Positions 38,762-53,689 of a stretch of DNA of 64,000 bases are shown here, piece after piece. Every line of letters starts with the position of its first letter. Within the stretch, counting starts at the first letter, position 1. Below the pieces are notes generated by a model. That model searched no databases. It had not been told where the DNA came from and was given only the letters and a program-made list of their open reading frames with translations. This DNA comes from Dimorphilus gyrociliatus (Eukaryota; Animalia; Annelida). The stretch lies in contig CAJFCJ010000027.1 in NCBI GenBank assembly GCA_904063045.1, positions 496,001 to 560,000 on the forward strand, given 5' to 3'. The position numbers were made by a program, and so were the translations under genes.

Positions 38762-40442
38762 TTAGATCGTTGAAACGTAAAACATTGTAAAACTTGTTGA
38801 ATGGAAATCACTGCGAAAACCATAAGGGGATTCCGATTCAAAGTATAATTCATCTCCTTTCTGTAATTTCAAGAGTATAGTACGACTAAATATATCAAAT
38901 TTTCCAGCTGATCTTCCATTTTTTAAAACACCACCTGAATATTGATTATTAATCATAAGTTTAAACTGAACATTTTTATTATCAGTCGCACCAACTCCCA
39001 TGTACATAAAATAAATGCCTGGTACTTTTATCATGTACGTATCAAGCGAAGAATCCCAAAAATTGCCCTCGTTTACAAACACTTTGCTGAAAGGAACAGG
39101 GTTAGATGCTGGTGAACCCTGAGAGGAAATTTCGGTTGCGGCTGAAATCATGGGATATCTTCGACCAACTTTTATTCTTAACATCGTGAGAGAACTTCCC
39201 GCAAAGCCCCTTAGTATTCCAAATTCTACCTTACAATGGAATATATCATTCTCATATAAGTATATGGAGAAAGCTCTCGATATTGTATCATCGTTAGAAT
39301 TATTTTCTCTCAATATACCAGACTGTACAATGAACATATCGTTAACAAAACATAGCATTTTAAATTTTGGACCCTCAGCAGTAATTCCAAGATTGATATA
39401 ATACACTCCTTTTTTCTTAATTCGAAACTTTCGCGTATCTTCGATCTCGATACCTTTGATTTCTCTCACATCTTGATAGTGAACGGTTTCACCAGCATTT
39501 GTATCGTCACCAAGAGTCGTTGCGGATAGATATTCGGGACTATCGTATTTAAACATTAACCACGAAAGAATTCTCGAGTTCATTGTGCCAATAGGTTTTG
39601 CATCTATATAATAAACTTCCGGAAAGACTATGCTTTCAGCAGAAAAGTAATCGAAAGATGTAATACTATTTAAAGAATAACTATTACCAGATTGATAAGA
39701 AGTTAACTTTATGTCATATTTCGATGTAGAGTTCCTTAAGATGATCTCATTTGCGAATTTATTAAAAGCGAAATTTAATCCTGTAATATACATTCCATCT
39801 TCTTTCACGACGGCTTCTTTCGTAGATATTTTGTATAGATTCTTATTGTTGAAGTCCATGAATTCAAAATTACATTTTGACCCAGGAGTCATCGAACCAT
39901 GAGACGTTTCAGAATATACGAAAAAAGCAGGCTTGTCATCTAAAATAGAATAAAAACTATATTCGACTGTATGTCCTTATATTAGCCTACTAACCTGAAT
40001 TCTCTCCAAAATCATCGTAAGTGAACAAGTTTACCTTTAAAGAAGACGCATATTGTAATATTGAATATATGGTTTAATTAATAGAAGAGAAAGAATGTGA
40101 AAATAGTCCAGAGAGATAAGAAATAATACAAACTGGTCTAGCAAAAACTTTTCCAGCTTTTGAATGGCATTCAGTACCAAATGAATTGGGATAAAAATAA
40201 CACATTTTCTGATTTTTGTCAAATGACAAACTTTCGCATTGTTTCGCTTGAGAGCAGAGAATTGAACATTTTAAGATGTTTCCAGTCGAAAAGTGTTCAG
40301 AATCCATAACATTTGAATAACAATAATCATTATGGAAAACTTCATAGAGAATTTCTTGCAATTCATCCCCTCTCGCTTGAAAGCAAAATTGAATTAATAA
40401 GGTTAATGATAGATAGAGAAAGTTTAAATATATGCGCTTCAT
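38762..40442 (-). CDS. Secreted protein with N-terminal PAN/apple domain and three tandem globular C1q domains, no collagen region, 508 aa
   Basis: complement(join(38762..39939,39995..40034,40134..40442)) = 1527 nt, frame-consistent. Signal peptide is MKRIYLNFLYLSLTLLIQFCFQARG. The PAN-like region is CSILCSQAKQCESLSFDKNQKMCYFY. gC1q signatures include VPFSKVFVNEGNFWD..TYMIKVPGIYF...LLKLQKGDELYF...TSFTMF (third, clearest), FRIKKKGVYYI...YLYENDIFHC...SSLTM (second) and PAFFVY...DGMYITGL (first, most diverged). An acceptor TTTTGTGGCAG just upstream of the ATG implies a 5'-UTR intron. Confidence 0.87.
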
Positions 40443-43400
40443 ATTACTGCCACAAAAAAGAAAAGCTGATAATTCTTAAAGTTATATATATATATATATA
40501 TGTATTTAATTTTGTTTGAATGTTCAATAAAAATAATCTATTTAGGTAAGTGGTTCTATTGAGTGTTTTCTCTTTATGATAGCCAAACTATTAAAGCACT
40601 TTTTGACTATAAGGAAGTTGTAAGAGATGGATTATCGATTCCTTAACAACTGAACATCGTCTTTATTGTTCAGTTTGAAGTCGAAACACTTAAAAATTGT
40701 TGCTTGTATTTTACTAAAGTAAACTCATTTTTTGGCCGGAAGACAGCTCTCAACTGCTTTTGAAAATTACCATTTAGGATAAATACAATTAGGCCATTTT
40801 TTTACCAATTCTTTTTGTTGTTGATTAAATAGTTCCATTAAAAGTATACACTTTAAGAGAAAGTCATTCTTGAAAATATATTCATGAAGTACTATAGGAA
40901 AGCTACTTAAAGATGTTACAGTTTTTTTCTCCTTTCGTTCTAGTAGCTTTAAGACGCTCTCACGAAGTTTCAAGGTGAGAAAACCCAACATTTTAGAGAC
41001 ACAAAAGGTCTTTCTCTTTTTCATTAAGAAACTTTATTACTCTTAAGTAAAAATATTCTACTATAAAATGTTTAAAGAAAAAGAGGGAAATATAAGGAAA
41101 AAGAGGCTTTAAATTCTTCTTTTTTAGTTAATTTAAATATCATAAATAACACTTAAACAATATGTTTTATCAATAACAATCATAGTATTACAAACGGAAG
41201 GAATTATTGCTTATTTGACATATTTTTCTCTAAGTGTTTTTTTTTCAGATTTCAAATGTTCTTAGAAGGATTTTCTTCATTCACATGAAAGTAAGTCAAC
41301 AATAAGTAAGAACTTACTTAATCCGGCAACTTTATGATGAATATTCCCCTAAAGAAACTTTTATGTTTTCGATTTTTGCCTATACGTTTAATCCGAGATT
41401 CTTCCTTGAAGTGTATATAATGCTATGTATATAGAAAATATAAGGCATTTAGATTACGAAAATCGAAAAAAAAAGACTCGAAGGGCCACAAGGTTTCAAC
41501 TTTGGCCATTAGGAAAAGATACCAAAGTATTTTTTCTTAGTATTATATATCAGGAGGGATTATATTTTCTAACATATAGAATTTACAATTCAATGATGTG
41601 TGATGAAATGCAATCGACCGGAAATTGCATGTACAATACAGAATTTTATTTGTTTGGTTATATTTATATTTACATGGTCACAGCCATTGTTTTAATATTC
41701 CTTTCTTGATATTGTTATCCCATATATTTCAATAACTAGAATACTGCTTATTTAAAATGTATTAAAAGTTTATTAAATATGAATATTTCTTCAGTGAAGA
41801 ATATTAATAAATAAGTTAATTTTATTTTAGATAAATAAGAGAAATATAGCAGAAAGAAGAATAGATGTTAATTACATAATTAATTAACTGTTCCATATTT
41901 TATTTTGTTTAAAGAAGACTATATTAAATAAAAGATATATAAACTATTTCAATATTTAAAAAAAATGACACTTATGAAAAATTAAAAATGAATATTTTTA
42001 TAATTTAATTGAGGAATAAAAAACAATGGTAGAAGAAGAATTGTAGATTGTATTAAGTATAACTCCTAACGGAGAATAATAAAAATAATAATCGAGTCAT
42101 TTATTCTTAGTTTGAAGAGGGAAAAAAAGCCTTTTTTTTCAAAATTGTCGAATTTATCTTGAGTATTTAAAGTCCCTGAGGAAAAAACTACAAACTGTAT
42201 ATTTTCACTCTTGTACTATTCTGAGAAAAAATTGGGTTCATTTTTCGTTCAACTCTAAATTAATAATTCTCGGACGACCTTAACCTACTTTATCAAAGGA
42301 TTGATTAAATGTCGTTGATTATGAAAGGTAACCCTATTATTTCTAATGTCATAGTCTAAAGACAGAGCATGAGCTAAAGAGAAAGGGAGACAGACAGATT
42401 AAGTTTAACCGTAATGATCCTAATTACATTATTTCAAGGACTAAACACCATTTTTTTTGTTCTATTCAGCTTTAACATTTAATATTCATAAGGGATGTTT
42501 TAGAAAATTGAGTATTATTAAAAACTCACTTCAAGGACAGATATAAAAAAAGAAAAATCTTATAAATATATAATCATCAAAGACATCCTCCCACATTATC
42601 TTTCTCATTGATTTTTAGGTAGATGAATAAAACATGTTGCTCTTCTGCCAAACGAAAGAAAGAAAGGGGGACAATAGTAAAAAAAAAGTCCAGATGCCAG
42701 AAAAATAAGAGTATTTACAATAGGAAAAGAGAAAGAAAAGGGTTGAAATAAAACGTTGTCGATTCCCTTGAAACCATCGATATTCGCTGAGAGGTTAATT
42801 AATTTGTTCATTTATTCTTCCAGAAAGATAGGAGCAAACGCTATCTTCTAGCTGGAAATAGCTCAAACTGCTAACAATTTCAAATAGTTGAGTAGTTCCT
42901 ATGAAAAATTTTTCTGTATACATATAACCCATATATATTAGTATGTATATAAGATACAATACAGACTGGCTATTAATAGAAAGTAAATATAAAATGTAGT
43001 CGTAAAATTATGGTTTAGAATTGATAAGTTGATATTCTGATAATGTTATAAAGATGTCATTTTCGTTAGAATTTATTAAACTGTTATTGGATTTTATTGT
43101 TTTTCGTAAGGAAAGTTTTTATTTTGTAAAATGATGAAAGTAATAAAATTTAGATATCTTTAACTATTAAAATACTTATCTCAGGAACCTATCTCCTATA
43201 GACACTCAATTTTTTAGATAATGTATTAACGGTTTCCTTAACGTTATCTCAGAAGAGGTAAAATCACCTTCCTCTTATCTCTACAAATCACCATACATGT
43301 TCATACACTTACACTATTTCTTGAAAAAACTATATAGATTCCTTAATGATAAGCTTTTGTTCAAGTTTATGCTCTCTAGGAAGGTTTGCTTGTACTAGCT

Positions 43401-46400
43401 TGGGCATTGTTCATTGTATCTAAACATAAATATGTAATGGTTGTTGAAAATCAAAGACTGCCCAGTATATCATATATCTGAGGGTACTTTTCATATAATA
43501 TTTGATATAAAAAGTTAAATATTGATGTATGGTATACAGTAATATCTGTTTTTTAACTATTGCTATGTATGAAAGGAATAGCTTGTCCCAACAACTCTAA
43601 CTATAGATTTCAATCTATAAACGTTTCTGTCATTTAATTTATATAGTAACCTGCTAACTATATAGAATTTCTCCGGTTATTCATGGCTCTCTCTCTCTCT
43701 TTCTCTATTTTAATTGTCAACTGCAAAAGACGAATACAAGAAAAGAAATGGCATAGATTATTTATTGTTATAGTGACACACTTTCTCACATTTGTATACG
43801 TATTACTAGAACTTTTGGAACGTCTAGTATAGCGGTTAAAATTTTAATCCTACGTGTTGGATTTTGAGTATTCTATTTAGTGAATTGATTATCCTAAAAG
43901 GTCTATTATACGGGGCAAGAAAGAAAAATTGATAAATTATAGTATCTTAATAATGTTCAATTTTTTAGATTATATACTGTTGTAGAGTTTAAAATCAAGG
44001 TCTAAAAAGGGAGCTCTGATATATTAATGAAATAAAATATACTTGATGCTAAAGTTAGATGGATAAAAAGTATTATAGATAAATTTGAAAGATATAGTCG
44101 TTTTAGCGTCTTTATGATCTTTTACTACAGAGATATGTCAATTTCCTTTTAGTTTTACGTTTAGTATAAGATTCATTTATATTTAGTATTTAGGATATAT
44201 AAGAATAATTATTAATATATATATTAGTATATACAGTATATATATATATATATATATGTTAAACTTGATACCAAAAATTCCCTTTTTATATCCATAGAAA
44301 CGAAAAAAAAAACTATTGATTAGTAAACCGATACGTATTATACGACCAGACAAATTTCATTGTTGTCAGCTTATTTCAAAAGTACGATCTCTCTCACGGC
44401 AAACCCGTTTTTTTTATCTATTTTTAGCATTTCCGCTTCCGTTTCACATTAACTTTTTATTTTTATTGGTTAAAGTAACTCTTAAAATATTTGTCTAATA
44501 CTAATATTATTAAACGTTAAATTAGCTCTTTTATTCTCCATTATTGATATTTCAAGTTATATATTTAACCGAATTACGTTGCTATGGTAAAGTTAATTTA
44601 CAGTTGAAATAATAAATCACCTAAAAGAAATCCTTCGTTGACTTGTCCTATTGCACAAGGAGGTTTGAAAGAGAATTGAAGATTTTTAAGTCTTCTTCTC
44701 CTTCGAAATTCAATTTAAAAAAATCTTACCTGTTTTCCTTTCTTCTCTTTCCCTTTCAAATTGTCATTAAAATGTTTCCGTTCTACAAAAACATAGGAAA
44801 TTTTAACTAAAAATACGAAATTCCAATAAATTTTAAATTATATAGACTATCTACAAATATCAATCTATGAATATCTCAATCTGTGATAGCATGTTCATTA
44901 TTACATTAATTTGGCTACTGTTTTCAGTTCGTAGTAATTTGTATGACAAGTATGATAATTAATAATTAAAAATCTATAGTTAATAAACCATCAATTCAAC
45001 TAGGAAGCTATCTATATGTCTTTATAGTTTTCTTCTTTTTCAAACTTTCATCAATTAATAAAAAGTTTTTGGGTAATTTTTGCAACACGAGTTTGTAATT
45101 AAGCACGGATTAAAATTCTTCTCTTTCAAGAATTAAATTTTCATGTTGAAAGAAAAATCGGAAGGTATAGGTAGATGAGAGAGAGAGAGAGAGAGATAGA
45201 CAGAAAGTAAAAAAAAAGCATGCATTAGATAGGGGAGAGAAAGAAAGAAAAAGAGGGGAAAAAAAGAAGAGGAAGATTTATTGCAGTATTATTTCAATCC
45301 AGTTGCCTATCTGTTTCGTGACTGTTTTTGACAAATGTTGCATGGTGGAAAACAAGAGTGTTTATACTACTAGAATAAACTATGGTCTTCTTTATGATTT
45401 TGTTTCTTTTATAATAGTTTTAGTTAATTAAATTCCTTCTATAAAAAGTTTCTTTTTTGTCGCAGATTTTATATTAATATATCTAGTATACAGTATATAA
45501 ATATGTGAATATGTTTATTTATAAAAGTTATGTTATATAATACATTGTATAAACATAGTATGTCAATGAAAAACTACAGGTAACCTTAAAGGGAAAGTTT
45601 ATTTTAAAATAAGGTAACTATTATTATCTTCCTATGAAATTATGCATTATAGTTTTGTTCCCATATCAACTGATGTAATATGAATATATCTATATAATTT
45701 ACAAGTGTTTCGCTATGTTTGTTTAATATAGTTTGAATAGTTTGTTAAGGTCAAACGTTAACTATTTGTAAGGATTGCATAGAATAATTGTTGGTCTCTG
45801 CTTTCCTCTGTTAAATTTCAAACGAATGTATAGATATTTTGTTTTCCCCCTACAACCCTATATCTATGGCTATATCATATCCAGCTGTGCCTTTTAGAAC
45901 AAATATAGGAATTTTCCAATTCGTACGCTTTTTTTTATCGATATATAAAACAAAAACTATAAAATGCTCCAAATTAAAGTGATAAATTCAATTTTTTGAG
46001 TTATTTCTATTGAATATTCAATAGTTTATTTAAAATTTTTCAATTTTTTCAGCATTTTTTAATGAAATAAATATTAGTCAATTTATTCCCCTTTTAGATA
46101 TAAAGCTGGTATCAACTTTTTTTAATACTAATATTATACAGTAGTACTTGTCTCTGATGTCTACATATAGTAAATTTATACATGTAATCTATTTTTAACT
46201 AAATAAACTACTTATTTGTATACAGACTTTTCTATGAAATATTAAGATAATTTTTCTAATAATATTCATTTGAAATGTACGAAAATAATTACATAATTAT
46301 GAAAATTACTGGTTACTCTATCTATTAATGTATCTTGTATCGTACTTTAAACAGTTTAAAAAAAGGCGTTGCAGCCCGAACAAAGTAAAAGTCTTATTCT

Positions 46401-46785
46401 AATTTCTCTTTGTAATTTCAATATAATTATTACGATAGTTAAGTACAGTCTTGATAATAAATATGCTAAATTAATAGCGTTTTAGACGTTTCGGAAATGA
46501 AAAATTTTTGTAAATTAATTGAAATACCCAGAGAAATTTGTCAAATCAATTAAATTAAGTCGAACTTTAATTACAGCTTAATTTAGATTTTTTTCCTTTT
46601 CCTTTTTAAAGGTAAGTCAATTATCTCTATCTTTAAGTGCCGAGGTCATATTTTTTAAAATGAAATATCTTAGTAACAAAGAACATTAAAGATTGAAAAT
46701 AATGTTCATTTTATTGATAAAAAGGGGAAAACGTATCAATATATTAATTCAAAGACCATAATAAAAGTAATACTGAATACGTTGC

Positions 46786-46807
46786 ATATACTGTATATAC
46801 AGTATAT
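46786..46807. repeat. Perfect 22-bp palindrome made of two head-to-head TAC[A/T]GTA units
   Basis: The sequence is ATATACTGTATATACAGTATAT. Confidence 0.85.
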
Positions 46808-47751
46808 ATATATACATATATAAGTTATTGTCTTATTGCACTCCTAAGGTCAATTAGTTGCAATTTAAATTATCTTTTGTAGATGTTTTGATAATTTCTT
46901 TCATGATTATTAAATGATTATTTCAATATAGTTACAAACTTACTACTCTCTTCTTTTTTATCTTTTCATCTATATCTCTTTTTTTTAACACTATTTTTTC
47001 TCTTTACATATGTATTTGCATATTGTGTACGATAGGAAAATGGCTGGAAATTAAACAAGAAGATAAAGGATAGTGATTAAGGAAAGTATAAAGTAAATAG
47101 AATGGAAACGATCATTTTTAAACTATTTTCTATTCTCATTTTCTTTTCTAGCTCTTATATTACAAGGCGATGATAAAAGGAAAGTATTATCAGTATCTTA
47201 GGAATAATCTTCATTAACGGTAAACTATAACACTTTTCGCTAAAAAAAAATGAAAAAAAGCCTTCAGGCACTCTTTCTATCTTTTATATAAAGAATATGA
47301 CATAATCTATAAAAAATTTCGTAAGTTAATAATAAATGACATTTTCCTTATCGATATTCGTCCTTTATTAATTATTAATAAAGTTCAAGACAACTTACAG
47401 TTAAAGCTCTAAAGGTATAGATCAATTCTAAAGAGCAAAATGTTACTCTACTCGGAGCTATCTACTTAACAAACAGAAATACCCAGACTCTCCTCTATCA
47501 TGACCAAAAAAATAAAATTTCTATATTTAGATCGGAGATCTCCTTTAAATGCTATATATTCTAGAACCTTCCTTATATCCAATCCGAGTTTAAAAATAGC
47601 AGTCGTTAAAAGTGGAATATTTGAATAGGAGGGGATAAAGATAAAATGGTTCTTTTATTACTATATACTCCGAATGCATCAGCTGAGGCAGCGATTTAAA
47701 ATTAAATAAAATGTAGCAAGAAAGGAAAAATTAGAACGGAAGTTGTTTAGC

Positions 47752-47858
47752 CTAAAAGTAATCTCATCGTCTATACTAGACGTCAAAAGAATGGCTGAAA
47801 TTCTCTAGAACCAGTTTGGCTCTTTGACGTCAAGTGGTGTGATGAGATTACTTTTTAG
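47752..47858. other. 107-nt imperfect inverted repeat (hairpin; pre-miRNA-like, MITE-like or paired CRE sites)
   Basis: The left arm CTAAAAGTAATCTCATC...GACGTCAAAAGA...GGCTG pairs with the right arm CAGTT...TCTTTGACGTC...GATGAGATTACTTTTTAG. The structure is seen directly; its function is unknown. Confidence 0.5.
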
Positions 47859-48572
47859 CCAAAATTTACTTTTTGTACGTTAATAATTCAGAATATTGTA
47901 TACTATAAAATACGACTAAAAGTAGGATGAAAAAATAGGTTAGAATTCTTTAGCTTACTGCATAAGTATGGCATATATGTGTTAGAAATTATCTATTGTC
48001 TCTATTCATTTAAAAGTACCTAAACTATTATCTCTTTTAAATTATGTAATTCAACCTTTTAAGATAATTGAAATTAAAAGTATCCTCTGTCCATCAATTA
48101 TAGTAAGTGCTTATAGTTTGCATTCTACTCAATTTTAGCAAACAAAACCATGACAATTAAAACTTGTATTCTCAAATTTCTATTCGTTTCGGATTATTGT
48201 CAAAATAGTAACCCTAAAGGGAACGAAACATAAATTTAAAATAGAGACATAATAGAGAAGAAAGAGAGCGAATAAATAAATAGATAAATCTAAATATTGG
48301 TACTAAACGTCTTTATATATATTCTGTTTACATATATATTAGTATATATCTATAAATACTGTACATATAGATAGATATATATGTGTGTATATGCATTCTT
48401 ACACATTGTGCAGAATATTACTATTTAAAGTAATAAGAAAACTAATTAAAGAATTTTATAGTTTAGTTTTTGCATTTATACAGTCTATGAAAATAATAAA
48501 AATGGTAAGAAAGCTATAAATACAGTATTTTACAGTAGTAAGGTCTTTTTATTGGTATTCGTTCTTTTGTTT

Positions 48573-48576
<4 letters not shown>

Positions 48577-48630
<54 letters not shown>

Positions 48631-48648
48631 CCTCTCTCTCTCTCTCTC
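48577..48648. repeat. (TC)n microsatellite
   Basis: About 70 nt of TC repeat with one interruption. Confidence 0.95.
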
Positions 48649-50109
48649 ACACTTATAAAATTCTTTGACAATTACATAACCAAATATAACCTACTAGTCC
48701 ATATAAGTTATATAATAAATTGTATTATTTAGTTTTTATAGCATAATAGAATAATAAATACTGTTGTAGTAAAAAGAAAAAATGTTCATGTTTTCTTCGT
48801 TTCTTCTCTTCATTTCTTTTTTTAACGGTTCTATCATTTTTGTTTGTCGTGATGTTTATTTTCATTAGTCAGTCTTTAACCGTTTGAAAAGTTTTTTAGA
48901 AAATCGCTCTATTTAAAGGCGAAAGAATTTCACGACTTATGGACACGACTCCCATTCTTGATGTATTAATCATTTAATAATATTTTTATTTTATATTTCT
49001 TCATAATTTTTGTTATGTCAGTGATATTTTCAGTTATAATACAATACAATAATCTTTAGCTCCTTTCAAAATGGCGAATTATTCGATGTCATTGCCAAGG
49101 AAAAGGAGTGATAGAGAAGGGAATTACCGCCATCTGGCGATAGTTTAACCATAGGCATCAATATGTACATTGAAGCAGAAAAGAATCTAAACTCTTAATA
49201 GACGGAATAATGGATCAGCAATTTTTGATCTTTAATGAAAAATTTAAGGTTTCTCCATTCTACATACATGAATAAATGACTGGCTTGATTAAGATACAAA
49301 TACGTTATAGTGTATAAATATCCTTTCCATGAGAATATTTATATTTATTCTTATATATATACAGTGTATATATATCTATATATATATATACCAAGTTTAG
49401 CTATATATAGATTAATCACTAGAAGATTTCTACTGAATAATTATATACTCATTCTCCTAAAAAGAAGGATTATTCATGTTAGGCCCAAACATTTCTTTTA
49501 TTTTATCTATAGCAAACCAATAAACGTGGTAGTATTATTCAAGATGTTCTTCACACACAGTATATATATATATGTATATATGTATTTTGAGAATGTTATA
49601 TATGGACATATATACATATACTAATATATATAAAATCAGATAATATGATATATATAAATATATATGTATATGTTTTATACTTGTCTATTTTATATTTTTG
49701 TTTTTTTAATAAAACAATCTAATTCATTAACCGAATAATAATGACGTGAGTTTTTTTGTCTATAAAAAGTGCCTTAATTAATTCTATTTTCGGACGCAGG
49801 ATAACAAACTCGCAGGAAGTGCCTACCAAATTTGGATTTTCTGACGTCAAAGGAAGGCGGAAGTTGAATTTCCATATATAGAAAACTGATGCTTAATGTT
49901 GAAAAATGAACATTTTTTGGTAAGTATAGATGGATTAAAAAATTCTTTATCATTTTTAGCAAAAAAAGAATTTCTTAATAACCACTTTTGTCTTTAAAAC
50001 AACGAAAACAGTATAACTGCTTAATATTCATTAAAATGACGTCTTTTTAAACTAGGAGCTGGTTGGCTAATGGATGACCTAGTTACAGGTCACAGCGTAA
50101 AAGCTTCAT

Positions 50110-51423
50110 TCATAAAACTTCTTTCGATGCTGGCAGATGTATATGAGAGATGGAAACTTTAAATCCTATATCACCGTTTACTTCTGACTTATCGAGCGTC
50201 TCTTTTGACGCTTTTACATATTCCGAGACGGCACGATTAAATAGTGAATCGAGTGATGAATTGAATACACCAGCTTCAACGGCTTTGGGATACGAAACGA
50301 CATTTTTCTCGGGTGAAAATCCTCTAAAAGGTTGGTATTTTTGCGCCATCTTTTGTGTAAACGCTTCAAGTTCAATGACTTCAATCAAATGAAAACAACT
50401 AAGATAGCCGACGAGCAATTTGAAAATCCATATAGAACAATATAAAATTTGGTTAGTAAAGAATTTGATCCAAATTCGATTATCACCGGATTTAGTTTAC
50501 AGGTATATTAGTAATGTTATAAGTCATAATATTATTTAATATAATCATTTTTAGCATAATTTAATAATTCGAATAGGAATTATGCACAGTATTTGCGAAT
50601 GATCTTTACATAATATAATATAGAGTATCCTCGTATTATTTGCCTATTTTCTCGATTTTCCTCTCTCTCTCTCTCTCTCTATCTATCTGTCTATCTATCT
50701 ATCTTTTTTTTTGTTATGTAGACATAGTATATGAGAATTATGTATTAGCAATTAAGTTTACTTTCTCTCTTATCTACAAAAGCTATAAACATACTAATAC
50801 ATAGATGTATATATGTATGTGTGTATGTACACTGTATATACTTGCATATATTAATAAATACAGTATATTGATAGGTATTTATTTATGTCAACCAAAAAAA
50901 ATTTTCCCCATCTGTTTTCTCTTCTCGTTATTTTTCTTCTGTTTTAAAATAGTCTGTTTTTAATCCTTAACAAATTTACATTCCCCTCCTTTCCTACTCT
51001 GTTAACTCTAGTATACTCTTTATTTTTCAATATAAATACAATATACCATACAATAAAGAGAGTATCACAGAGAAAGAGAGAGAGGGAATAAAAAATTTTT
51101 GTCATTTTCTCTTTTTTTCTTACCCTTTTATTTGTGTGTTTGAGTATGGTAGGAAAAGTATAATATAGATAGATAGAGAGACAAAATAAAGGAGAAATAA
51201 AGATAAAAGTATCCGAAAGTTAGGTGAAATTATTTTTTCTATCTAAAAATTCTCTGTATATATTTATATGCCTATTAAACAAAACATAGTCAATATCAAG
51301 GCCCAACTAGATAAATATAAAGACACGTTAATACAAACTATACAATATATAGATTTTGCGTCGCACCTTACCATTCGAGAGAAGCGTAATATGCATTATT
51401 AATCTTAATAGGCAAACATTCAT
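50110..51423 (-). CDS. Putative small secreted orphan protein, 106 aa
   Basis: complement(join(50110..50378,51372..51423)) = 321 nt. Exon 1 MNVCLLRLIMHITLLSN ends in a phase-1 G|GTAAGG donor. It joins in frame at the acceptor TTGTTTTCATTTGATTGAAG| to a GC-elevated ORF (VIELEAFTQKMAQKYQPFRGF...KEVL*). No family recognised. An alternative start at ATG 50349 (AAGATGGCG) is possible. Confidence 0.45.
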
Positions 51424-52598
<1,175 letters not shown>

Positions 52599-53217
52599 AC
52601 GACTGGTTCGTTCAGTTATATTTTTGTGTTCGATTGTTTGTTCCCATTCCGCCCTTTTTCAATTTCTTCATAAGACATACTGAGGGCTGCAAAAATATCG
52701 GTAGTATAACTTTCCAAAATTTATCAAGATACTTAAAATTCCATTTGATCTAGCTCCTATATGGATGCAACATCCTTACAATTCTCTCTCATATTATAAT
52801 GACCATTAACTTTATTTGAAATAAGCCCCAATTTAATATATGCCTATCAGAAAATCTTTTACCATTTTAACAATTCTTTTTTTACCAAAAAGAGAGAATT
52901 TAGTTAAAAAAGGTAACGCTATACTTTATTAAGCGTCTACTTTTTTAAATTTTGCAACATTTTCTGTTTTTTACTTTAACCAGTTTATTTCTTCTTTTTT
53001 TATATATTTTAATACTTTTTACCATTTAAAAATGGTTGATAATTTCTATTTACCCAATGTTTTTTTTCTTCAACCCCGATTTCAAAGAAAGGTATAGAAC
53101 AAACTAAAAAATCCCATTCTTTTGATTTTCAAAGCGAATTTAGATGAAAAAAAACGAATTGTTAATCAATAATAATGATAATGATTATGATGTTGTTGGT
53201 ATCGATGTTGAAAATTG

Positions 53218-53260
<43 letters not shown>

Positions 53261-53689
53261 TAAAAAAAAGAAATTAAATTGGACTTTTAAGAAGATAATA
53301 AAAGAAAAAAGAAAGCAATATTTCTTTTTTCATTCATTCAAGCAAAATCTTTTAAGTTTGCTGTTTTAATTCAACTTTTAAACGATGATGAATTTTCAAC
53401 TGAAAATTTTCTGACAGAACCAAAAAAACAAAAAATTAGAAACGAAACTAGAAAAATTTATGAAAATTAAGAATATTTGAAGAATATTTTTTATACTATC
53501 ATTGTTTTAAAACATAAAATGATAAGATATAAGCATTTAATAAAAAGAAGGAAAAGTAAGAAAGATTTCCATGACCTTATTATATGTAAAAATTTTCAAC
53601 TGCTGTTTTTCCTTGATTTTTCCTGCCCTGCCTTATCAAAACAATTGTTTAAGAGATTTACTGTATCATAAATACATGTATGTATCTAT

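Noticed and set aside
50150-50392. 80-aa plus-strand ORF METLNPISPF...
   Set aside because: It is the codon-aligned antisense shadow of the minus-strand orphan exon, with a typical S/F/T-rich antisense composition.
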